DNA of 64,000 nucleotides from an uncultured Gammaproteobacteria bacterium (GTDB lineage Bacteria; Patescibacteriota; Patescibacteriia; S139-126): assembly GCA_964493305.1 (NCBI GenBank), contig CAZBLW010000001.1, positions 305,484 through 369,483 of the forward strand, in the 5' to 3' direction. The translations under genes were made by a program, and so were the position numbers. The notes under the pieces were generated by a model. It had not been told where the DNA came from, did no database searches, and saw only the letters and a list, made by a program, of their open reading frames with translations. Below are positions 53,388 to 61,018 of this stretch, one piece after another. The first letter of the stretch is position 1. Each line of letters opens with the position of its first letter.

Positions 53388-54404
53388 ATGGAACCCATTT
53401 TAATACATACCAAAATAAATGGTATTATTGGGTTTGCCATTCAACCTTTTTTAAAATATATTGAGTTAATTGAATTGATTAAATTTATTTTACTCAACGA
53501 TATTAAAAAGGTTGCACTGGTAGATTTAGGTCCCAGCAATGAAATTGTAAATTTTATCAAGATGTTAATTTTATTTGGTATAGATGTGGTTTATGTTGAC
53601 CATCATGAAAACCAAGAAAAAAATCTTGATAATTATCAAATCATTTATTCTTTATTAGGAGAAAATACACATATTTTACCTACAAAATATGCGCCCTCGG
53701 CTACCAGTATGGTAGCAATTGGTCAATGGTTAAAAGACGATATTGATTTAGTTTTTTTTCATGATGACCTTGATGGTTATCTAGCTTATCTCAAAGGTTG
53801 TTTTGAACAAAAGTTATATAATGAGTTAGATAATGATGCCAATAAATTTGAAGGCCAAGCCAATGGTTTGATTTATTCTAAATTGGCACAAATTTATTTA
53901 CAAGGGATCTATTTAGGTCCTAGTTATTTCATAAATCCACCCCGACGACAAGAGAATAGGCAAGTTCTTTATGATAAGTTAAAAATATGGATTGCAGGCG
54001 ATCAAAATGATAACTTGATAGCTGATTACTTAACTACTCTGCAAACAGAGTATGTAAAAAATAAAGAACTAACTTTTGGTTTATTTTCTCGTATTGAAAA
54101 ATTTATCGGTTTAATTTATATCGATATCATCGCTGAATACAAAAAGGAAATTAAACCAAATTTAGGATTATTGAAATCAGAAATGTTCAAACAAGGCAAT
54201 AACGAATGTGTTATAGCTATCCGGTTAGTCGGAAAATTTGGTGATCAGGTAAGTTTGTTCACCCCAAACAATTTTAAAAAACATTTTAAGTTGTTTGAGC
54301 TTCTACCTTTTGAAGAAAAAAACGACTGGCACCGCGAAAGCCGCTTGCATATTAAATATGAAGATTTTGAATTTTTTAAACAAAAAATTCAGAAATTTTA
54401 TTGA
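53388..54404 (+). CDS. Hypothetical protein (338 aa) with a VDHH motif, possibly a diverged DHH-type phosphoesterase.
   Basis: VVYVDHHEN resembles DHH motif III, but motif I (DxD) is not evident. RBS is GGAGG. Confidence 0.45.
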   Translation: MEPILIHTKINGIIGFAIQPFLKYIELIELIKFILLNDIKKVALVDLGPSNEIVNFIKMLILFGIDVVYVDHHENQEKNLDNYQIIYSLLGENTHILPTKYAPSATSMVAIGQWLKDDIDLVFFHDDLDGYLAYLKGCFEQKLYNELDNDANKFEGQANGLIYSKLAQIYLQGIYLGPSYFINPPRRQENRQVLYDKLKIWIAGDQNDNLIADYLTTLQTEYVKNKELTFGLFSRIEKFIGLIYIDIIAEYKKEIKPNLGLLKSEMFKQGNNECVIAIRLVGKFGDQVSLFTPNNFKKHFKLFELLPFEEKNDWHRESRLHIKYEDFEFFKQKIQKFY

Positions 54405-54412
54405 AAAATTTT

Positions 54413-54431
54413 GGGAGCAAATGTTGCTCCC
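54413..54431. terminator. Bidirectional terminator at the strand-switch point.
   Basis: GGGAGCAA-atg-TTGCTCCC followed by a T-rich stretch. Confidence 0.65.
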
Positions 54432-54432
54432 T

Positions 54433-55377
54433 TTAATTTTGTAAAAAATTTTTTATTAATTTTTCCGCGGTTTGAAAATTTTTTATCCAAATAATATTTT
54501 TATCTCGTCTAAACCAAGTGAGTTGGCGTTTGGCATAATGTCTAGTTTCAGTTTTTATAATTTCAATTGCTTGAGCTTTGTTTATTTGTTTATTTAAATA
54601 CATTTGTAGCTGTTTGTAGCCAATCCCAGACATTGACGGAAGTGAAGTTGAATAAGTTTTAGTTAATTTTTTAGTTTCTGAAATTAGACCATTTTTTATC
54701 ATTTTATCAACTCGTTGGTTTATTCGTTGGTAAAGTTTTTCTCGGGGTATATCCAAACCAATTTGTAAAAATTGATAAGATTGTTTTTTATTAGTCTTGG
54801 GTTCAAAAACACGTTGATTGGTTAAAATATATTCCAAGGCCCTGATAATTTTTCTTTTATTTTTTTTGTCAATGATTTGGTAAGTATTGGGATCAAGATT
54901 TTTTAGTTGACGGTTTAGTTTTGGTAAAGTTTGTTGGGCTAATTTTTTTCTTAAAATCAAATCAAGTTTACCTTGGGGTAAATCATAATTATTAACCAAA
55001 GCCGAAATATAAAGTCCAGTACCACCACAGATTATTGGAATTTGAAATTTAGAATTTAGAATTTTTGAGTTTAATATTTTTTTAGTTATTTGCAACCAAT
55101 CTGCCAAAGTAAACGATTTATTTGGTTTAGAATAGTCCATTAAAAAATGAGGTATGCCTTGGACATAGTAAATATTATTATGCAATTCCTTAATTCTTAA
55201 ATCTAACTTCTTAATTCTACCCTTAGGTTTGGCAGTGCCAATATTCATACCTTGATAAATCTGTCTTGAATCAGCTGAAATTATGTAACCTTTGAATTTT
55301 TTGGCTATTTTTAAAGCCAGTTCAGTTTTACCCGAGGCCGTAGGACCTAAAATAACCACAATTTTTTGTTTAGTCAT
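54433..55377 (-). CDS. miaA: tRNA dimethylallyltransferase, carrying an in-frame repeat-encoded insertion.
   Basis: VVILGPTASGKTELALKIA P-loop and QIYQGMNIGTAKP. The next conserved block (GIPHFLMD) is separated by the extra peptide KGRIKKLDLRIKELHNN. Confidence 0.85.
   Translation of the reverse strand: MTKQKIVVILGPTASGKTELALKIAKKFKGYIISADSRQIYQGMNIGTAKPKGRIKKLDLRIKELHNNIYYVQGIPHFLMDYSKPNKSFTLADWLQITKKILNSKILNSKFQIPIICGGTGLYISALVNNYDLPQGKLDLILRKKLAQQTLPKLNRQLKNLDPNTYQIIDKKNKRKIIRALEYILTNQRVFEPKTNKKQSYQFLQIGLDIPREKLYQRINQRVDKMIKNGLISETKKLTKTYSTSLPSMSGIGYKQLQMYLNKQINKAQAIEIIKTETRHYAKRQLTWFRRDKNIIWIKNFQTAEKLIKNFLQN
55186..55222. repeat. Heptad-repeat element inside the miaA coding sequence. Coding strand reads GGTAGAA TTAAGAA GTTAGAT TTAAGAA TTAAGGA ATTGCAT, which translates to GRIKKLDLRIKELH.
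   Basis: Near-identical to the intergenic array at 48831-48869; period 7 with reading frame maintained. Confidence 0.55.
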
Positions 55378-55378
55378 A

Positions 55379-56695
55379 TTATTTTATTTTAGTACCGGTT
55401 AATCCCCAAGCACCAGTTTCTTTTATTTTAACCGTAACAAAACTTCCTATTAATTTTTTGGCACCTATAAATTGTACGGTTTTAAATTCTCTATTTTTTC
55501 CGTGGAGTTTTTTATTCTTTATCCCATCAACCAATACTGTAGTAATTTGATCATTAAATTTTTGGTTGTATTCTTTAGCGGTTATTTTTAAAATTTCGTT
55601 TAAATATATTTCCCGACGTTTTTTTTCTTCAGCTGGCACGGAGTCCTGATATAAACGATTGGCTGAGGTACCGGGGCGAGGGGAGTATTGGGCAATATAG
55701 GCCATATCGTATTTTGCTTGTTGCATTAGTTTAGCTGTATCTAAAAACTGTTTTTCAGTTTCACCAGCAAAACCAACTATTATATCAGTAGAAATGGAAA
55801 TCCCGGGAATTTTTTTTCGGACACTGGCTAGTCTTTCCAAATAGTGTTCTACCGTATAATAACGGTTCATTTTTTTTAGAATCGAATTATTGCCTGATTG
55901 CACCGGAAGATGTAAATATTCGGCTAAATGTTTTTTTTCAGTCATGACACTAATTAAATCATCTGACATATCATAAGGGTGGGAGGTAACAAAACGCAAC
56001 CAAAAGTCACCCCGCCAGGAGTTCAGTTGATGTAGTAATTCAGCAAAAGATAACATTTTCTTTTTATAATTGGGACTACGAGTGTCTTTATTATCAAGGC
56101 CATATGAGTTTACATTCTGGCCCAATAGAGTAATTTCTTTGTAACCATTGTTAATAAGTTGTTTTATTTCCGAAAATATTTCTTCAGCCGGGCGGGATAT
56201 TTCTGGACCCCTGGTGTAGGGTACGGCACAATAAGTACAAAATTTATTGCAGCCAGTCATTATCGGAACATAGGCTTTAAAATTTGATTCATAACTAGGT
56301 TTAATTTGTAAATATGAAGTAGCGGGGATAAAATCACCAAAAGTTGCTTGGCGAATTTTTAGTTCTTGAGGTAGTTTTTGAATATCTTTCATATCCAGCA
56401 GAATATCAAAATCATATTTTAGTTTATCTTTATCGTGTTTTAGTACACAGCCGGTTAGTAGGGTAATAAGAGGGCGAGATTCTTTCATCAAATTCCAACG
56501 TCTAATTTTTCCATAGATTCTGTCCATAGCTTTTTGTCTAACTGTACAAGAAACCACACCGATAAAATCGGCGTCTTCTTCTTGGTTGGTTTTAATATAG
56601 CCAATTGATTGTAAAATAGTTTCTAGTCTTTCCGCATCAGATAAATTCATTTGACAACCAATGACAAATAAGTAATATTTGAGTTTTTTTGTCAT
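55379..56695 (-). CDS. miaB: tRNA-i6A37 methylthiotransferase (radical-SAM MTTase).
   Basis: N-terminal MTTase Cys triad (IGCQMN…), radical-SAM CNKFCTYCAVP, and a TRAM C-terminus. Confidence 0.85.
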   Translation of the reverse strand: MTKKLKYYLFVIGCQMNLSDAERLETILQSIGYIKTNQEEDADFIGVVSCTVRQKAMDRIYGKIRRWNLMKESRPLITLLTGCVLKHDKDKLKYDFDILLDMKDIQKLPQELKIRQATFGDFIPATSYLQIKPSYESNFKAYVPIMTGCNKFCTYCAVPYTRGPEISRPAEEIFSEIKQLINNGYKEITLLGQNVNSYGLDNKDTRSPNYKKKMLSFAELLHQLNSWRGDFWLRFVTSHPYDMSDDLISVMTEKKHLAEYLHLPVQSGNNSILKKMNRYYTVEHYLERLASVRKKIPGISISTDIIVGFAGETEKQFLDTAKLMQQAKYDMAYIAQYSPRPGTSANRLYQDSVPAEEKKRREIYLNEILKITAKEYNQKFNDQITTVLVDGIKNKKLHGKNREFKTVQFIGAKKLIGSFVTVKIKETGAWGLTGTKIK

Positions 56696-56730
56696 AAATT
56701 CGTGCTTTGTATTATATAGAATAAAGAAGT

Positions 56731-56767
56731 AAGAAGCAAGAATTAAGTATTAAGTATTTTGATTGGT
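56731..56767. repeat. Diverged heptad array (AGAAGTA AGAAGCA AGAATTA AGTATTA AGTATTT) in the miaB upstream region.
   Basis: Period-7 tandem units sharing the AAGAATTAAG core. Confidence 0.4.
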
Positions 56768-56811
56768 GAATAATAATAGTCTTAAGAAAAGATTAATTTA
56801 ATAAAATGAAA

Positions 56812-56834
56812 AGGACAGCTTAATTAGCTGTCCT
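56812..56834 (-). terminator. Terminator of the 56841..57323 gene.
   Basis: AGGACAGCT-taatt-AGCTGTCCT with U-rich flanks. Confidence 0.65.
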
Positions 56835-56840
56835 ATGTTT

Positions 56841-57323
56841 TTATCTTACAATCTCTTGGCAAACAATTTTACCAATTGCTTTGCCTTCCAGGCAAATTAA
56901 AGGACCGAGGTCCTTATTTTTTGTTGGTTTTTCAGTAATGATTTTTAAATCAAACTTACTTTGTGAAGAAGATTGTGGTTTTATGTCCAATATGAATTGG
57001 ACACGGCCGTCAGTATAAATTTTTTTAAAAAGAATAACTTTGGCATTAATTGTTTTTCCCAAAAATTCTTGGGAGATGTAGAAGTGACGGTACATAATTA
57101 ATTTTGTTCCTGGAAACAGGAACCCGTGAACATAATGTCCGGGAATAAAAGTTGTTTTTCCATTTAAGCTGATTTTATGCGCTTGATCATAACGCATATA
57201 TTTTCCCATTAAAGGGATTTTGACTGCGACGTTGTCGCATTCAAACATGTGACGGTATTCAGCTTCTACCACCTTAGCTAAATTTGTTGAAGATTTTTCA
57301 ACAGTTGCAACATTTGCGTTCAT
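56841..57323 (-). CDS. Hypothetical protein (160 aa).
   Basis: Its own strong promoter, a GGAG RBS and its own terminator. Confidence 0.55.
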   Translation of the reverse strand: MNANVATVEKSSTNLAKVVEAEYRHMFECDNVAVKIPLMGKYMRYDQAHKISLNGKTTFIPGHYVHGFLFPGTKLIMYRHFYISQEFLGKTINAKVILFKKIYTDGRVQFILDIKPQSSSQSKFDLKIITEKPTKNKDLGPLICLEGKAIGKIVCQEIVR

Positions 57324-57376
57324 TACTTATTACTCCATTGATTGTTTAAATAAATTTTTAATATTACGAACTATAA

Positions 57377-57405
57377 ATAATAGCAAATTTTTGTGATTTT
57401 GTCAA
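57377..57405 (-). promoter_or_regulatory. Sigma-70 promoter, copy 2 of the duplicated cassette.
   Basis: On the minus strand: TTGACA-aaatcacaaaaatttgc-TATTAT. Confidence 0.55.
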
Positions 57406-57410
57406 TCATA

Positions 57411-57438
57411 AAACAAACCTCTAGATTGAGGTTTGTTT
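57411..57438 (-). terminator. thrS terminator.
   Basis: AAACAAACCTC-tagatt-GAGGTTTGTTT (11 bp), U-rich. Confidence 0.7.
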
Positions 57439-57455
57439 TATGAGATTAATTTAAT

Positions 57456-59216
57456 TTATTGTCGTTCGTTTATTTCTAGTAACAAGCGGTCAATAAATTC
57501 TTTTTTTCCAATTGTTAGTAGTTTTTCTTGTCCGCGTACCCTGACTATAAGTTGGTCTGATTTTATTTCTTTGTCGCCAATTACCAGAATATAGGGGATT
57601 TTGTTGTGACTGGCTTTGCGAATTTTATTACCTACAGTCTCATTGGCATCATCTACTTCAACCCGGATATCGAATTTTTTAAATTCTGCAGCTAATTGGT
57701 GACAGAAATCATGATGTTCTTTGCCCACAGAAATAATTGCTACTTGTACGGGCGAAAGCCAGATTGGCCAGACACCAGCGTAGTGTTCGATTAGAAAAGC
57801 CATAAATCTTTCGTGGGTTGATAAAGGTGCACGATGAATTACAAAAATTTCTTGGTTATCTTGGCCTTTATCATTAGTATAATTTAGGTTAAATTTAGAT
57901 TTGGCAACAAAATCAAGTTGAATAGTGGACATAGTTTCTTCTCGGCCGATTACTGATTCAAATTGCACATCAATTTTTGGTCCATAAAACGCTGCTTCAT
58001 CATCAGCTTCAACAAAATCAACTTTATTGTCTTGTAGAACTTCACGCAAAATATTTTGCGAATACTCCCAATTGCTTGGTTCATCAATATATTTTTCTTT
58101 GTGATTTGGATCCCACTTTGAGAGTCTAAACCAAAAATTGTTTAATTGAAATATTTTAAACAACTGTAAATTGAGAGTGATTACTTTATTGACTTCATCT
58201 TTGATTTGATCGCGTCGACAATAAATATGGGCATCATTCATCTGTAAAGATCGTACCCGTAATAACCCCGCTAAGGTACCGGAAAGTTCGTTGCGATAAA
58301 CTGTACCGTATTCAGCAAGTCTGACAGGCAAATCGCGATAGCTTCTGGGTTTGGATTTGAAAACAAGATGATGGTGGGGGCAATTCATGGCTTTTAAGTA
58401 ATAAGTTCCATCATCCATCGACATAGCTGGATACATCGAATCTTGATAATAAGGTAGGTGACCAGATGTAAGATACAATTCTTCTTTGGCTAAATGCGGT
58501 GTAGAAATTCTTTGATAACTGAATTCATTTTCAAGTTTAATCGCCAATTTTTCTATTTCGTTTTTAATAATCGTTCCTTTAGGTAACCACATGGGCAAAC
58601 CCTTGCCCACTAAGGAATCAAAAAAGAACAACTCTTGTTCCTGACCAATTTTTCTATGATCACGTTTTTTGGCTTCTTCAAGTTTAGCTAAATAATCATT
58701 CAATTCTTTTTGAGAAAAGAAGGCCGTGCCGTAAATACGGGTTAGCATATTATTTTTTTCACTACCACGCCAGTAGGCGCCTGCCAAAGATAAAAGTTTA
58801 AAATATTTTAGTTCTTTGTTAGGTTTAGCAACATGACCACCTCGGCACAGATCAGTGAATTGGCCCGAATGGTATAAACTCAAAGTTTTACCTTCGGTGG
58901 CAAACTGTTCAATTAATTCTAATTTATACTGATTATCTTGATAAGTTTGTTGAGCTTTTTTAAGATCAATTTCTTCACGTTTGAATTCATCCCAAGTAAC
59001 AATTAATTCTCGCATTTTATTTTCAATTGCGGGTAAGTCATTTTCTGAAATAGGTTGTTTAAATTCAAAATCATAGTAGAAACCATTGGCAATTGCTGGT
59101 CCAATAGTATTTTTTGTTCCGGGCCATAATTCTAATACCGCTGCAGCCAAAAGATGGGCAGCAGAATGGCGTAACGCATCAAGTTCATTTTGGTTTGTTT
59201 TTTTGAATATTGACAT
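57456..59216 (-). CDS. thrS: Threonyl-tRNA synthetase, lacking the N-terminal TGS domain.
   Basis: LRHSAAHLLAAAV editing-domain block, class II motifs (…FRNELSG…, …GLLRVRSLQMNDAHI…) and an anticodon-binding C-terminus. Confidence 0.9.
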   Translation of the reverse strand: MSIFKKTNQNELDALRHSAAHLLAAAVLELWPGTKNTIGPAIANGFYYDFEFKQPISENDLPAIENKMRELIVTWDEFKREEIDLKKAQQTYQDNQYKLELIEQFATEGKTLSLYHSGQFTDLCRGGHVAKPNKELKYFKLLSLAGAYWRGSEKNNMLTRIYGTAFFSQKELNDYLAKLEEAKKRDHRKIGQEQELFFFDSLVGKGLPMWLPKGTIIKNEIEKLAIKLENEFSYQRISTPHLAKEELYLTSGHLPYYQDSMYPAMSMDDGTYYLKAMNCPHHHLVFKSKPRSYRDLPVRLAEYGTVYRNELSGTLAGLLRVRSLQMNDAHIYCRRDQIKDEVNKVITLNLQLFKIFQLNNFWFRLSKWDPNHKEKYIDEPSNWEYSQNILREVLQDNKVDFVEADDEAAFYGPKIDVQFESVIGREETMSTIQLDFVAKSKFNLNYTNDKGQDNQEIFVIHRAPLSTHERFMAFLIEHYAGVWPIWLSPVQVAIISVGKEHHDFCHQLAAEFKKFDIRVEVDDANETVGNKIRKASHNKIPYILVIGDKEIKSDQLIVRVRGQEKLLTIGKKEFIDRLLLEINERQ

Positions 59217-59293
59217 AAGTTTATTATTAATTTATATTATATTGATATTTAAATTAGTAGTTCATTTTTAAAATAAATCGCAAGGAGAAAAGA

Positions 59294-59593
59294 ATGGTAA
59301 TCGAATCTGTATCTGCAACTGAAAACGGTTGGACATTTGCTTTGGGTGATAATTTACCCACCAGTTTAATGGTATGGGAAGCTATAAAAAAGTGTATAAT
59401 CACCAATATACCAAATGCAATTGTAAAAGTTTTACCTGGCCCCAATCTGACAACCGACAATGATATAATTGAAATAAGTTTTAACCAAGCTGTGATCCAC
59501 ACTGTTAGTGCTATTCAAAACATCATTGCTGATATTTCCATCAATAAATACTGCCAAGTATTTTATAAAGAACAAATTGTAACCCCTGATTAA
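59294..59593 (+). CDS. Hypothetical protein (99 aa).
   Basis: RBS AAGGAG; two tandem terminators downstream (59581-59607 and 59621-59647). Confidence 0.5.
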   Translation: MVIESVSATENGWTFALGDNLPTSLMVWEAIKKCIITNIPNAIVKVLPGPNLTTDNDIIEISFNQAVIHTVSAIQNIIADISINKYCQVFYKEQIVTPD

Positions 59594-59607
59594 TTTCAGG
59601 GGTTTTT
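59581..59607 (+). terminator. Rho-independent terminator; the stop codon lies in the loop.
   Basis: AACCCCTGA-ttaatt-TCAGGGGTT followed by T5. Confidence 0.7.
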
Positions 59608-59620
59608 AAAAATAAAAAAT

Positions 59621-59647
59621 CCCCAAAGCACATAGCTTTCGGGGTCC
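59621..59647. terminator. Second hairpin terminator; usable on either strand.
   Basis: CCCCAAAGC-acata-GCTTTCGGGG followed by TCCTTTT; an A-run upstream gives ATTTTTT on the minus strand. Confidence 0.55.
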
Positions 59648-59650
59648 TTT

Positions 59651-59850
59651 TATAATGATAAGGACGGTTCCACCCGAATTTCTCAAAATTGAGACACTCA
59701 TTGTTGTTTATTTTTACTGCTGTAAGCAGAACCTAGGTGGTATAGTGTGTTGACCTGGCCTTGTGAAAAAGCTCTCAGCCTCGGCTTTTTCTCTCTGGAT
59801 AAGGAGTGTCAGACTACATGTCCTAGTAGTTTTATACTAGGACATTTTTT
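59651..59850 (+). ncRNA. Candidate structured small RNA (~190 nt; strand and identity uncertain). It is GC-enriched relative to its flanks and ends in a strong terminator.
   Basis: TATAAT at 59651-59656. Internal hairpins include CTGC-GUAA-GCAG (59718-59729), CCACC/GGTGG pairing, and AAAAAGC-11 nt-GCTTTTT. 3' terminator GTCCTAGTA-gtttta-TACTAGGAC plus T6 (59820-59850). No ORF. Confidence 0.3.
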
Positions 59851-59869
59851 ATTATAATGTCAAATCGTT

Positions 59870-61018
59870 TTATTTTATTATTTTAATATCTACATGATCT
59901 TCAAGTGGCGGTACAGATTTTACCCAGCTGGGAAAAAAGTTAACTTGGACGTTGGTGGTATGAAACTTATTTTTGAAATATTCCAAAATATCTTGTTCCG
60001 AATAACCCAAGATCTCTTTTTTATTGAAGTCATCTAATATATCAGCTACCGCCGTCCCTTGAATAAAAGCTTTAATAGTTGCAGATGGGGGAGTAAGATT
60101 GTAATCGATTAATTCATAATGCAAAGAAGCCGGATCATGATTCAGATAAGATTGTTTATCAGGTAAAGAATTCTTCAAATTATTTACTGCCAAGTTTTCT
60201 AAATCATTTTTGGTAAAAGCGATAATATCTACCTTGGCCGTTATTTTCATTTCGTAACTATCAACTTCTGCTCCCACTGGTTGACTGGTGCTGGTAGAAA
60301 TTAAAGATATATGATTGGTAATAAAATAATCATCACTTTTAATAATTTCATTTTTTACTTTTTGCTCTAATTCGTTTAGTAAATCTTCTTTAGCCAACTC
60401 TAAGTCTTGGGGGGTGATAGCCTTGGTTGAGTAGGAAAGTTTTTTAATTGGCTGTTCCGCTACCGCATAAATCTGGTCTTGTAAACCTTCCCATAAACCC
60501 GGGATGGTAAAATTGGTCGGACCTAATTCGTAGTTATCACCATCTTGATCAGCAATAATATTTACCGTTACACTGCTGCCAGCAGGGACGACCACTGTTT
60601 CAGTAGTTCGATAAAGAAAGTTCTGAGGAGACAGTAATCTGGTTGTAGCCACAAGAGTTTGATTGCGCGAATAGTTGTTGATGATTTTTACTATACCGCC
60701 TGCTTTATTTTCAGTAATAGTTTTTTCGGTTGGTGTAAATTTTTTCTGACTACTTAAAATGGTGGAGGTTACTAGGCCAGGTAAGATATTTGAACTTGTC
60801 AGAGTAGAAGTAACTTCTGGCAAAATTTGTAATTCAGCACTAGTTTCCAGTGGATATAGTTCCGGAGTTATATAAATTACTACTCGTGATAAAGAAAAAT
60901 AGGCGATGATTATTACTAAAGTTATGGTAACCAAAACAAAACCGACAGTGATTTGTCGATTAACCTTGGAAATAGAAGGTTTAGATTCTTTTATTCTTTT
61001 TGGAGTTTTGTTAGCCAT
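59870..61018 (-). CDS. Hypothetical membrane-anchored extracytoplasmic protein (382 aa, N-terminal signal anchor, Thr/Ser-rich).
   Basis: Overlaps the dnaE stop by 8 nt. TM segment ITVGFVLVTITLVIIIAYF. Confidence 0.55.
   Translation of the reverse strand: MANKTPKRIKESKPSISKVNRQITVGFVLVTITLVIIIAYFSLSRVVIYITPELYPLETSAELQILPEVTSTLTSSNILPGLVTSTILSSQKKFTPTEKTITENKAGGIVKIINNYSRNQTLVATTRLLSPQNFLYRTTETVVVPAGSSVTVNIIADQDGDNYELGPTNFTIPGLWEGLQDQIYAVAEQPIKKLSYSTKAITPQDLELAKEDLLNELEQKVKNEIIKSDDYFITNHISLISTSTSQPVGAEVDSYEMKITAKVDIIAFTKNDLENLAVNNLKNSLPDKQSYLNHDPASLHYELIDYNLTPPSATIKAFIQGTAVADILDDFNKKEILGYSEQDILEYFKNKFHTTNVQVNFFPSWVKSVPPLEDHVDIKIIK

Noticed and set aside
59594-59869. Assignment of the structured non-coding region to RNase P RNA, tmRNA or SRP RNA.
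   Set aside because: There are partial resemblances (CAGAACC, CCAGGTCA) but the hallmark P4 (AGGAAAGUCC / ACAGAACCCGGCUUA), tmRNA CCA-terminal T-arm, and SRP domain IV (GGAAGCAGCCAAGG) consensus could not be matched. Left as an unclassified sRNA candidate.
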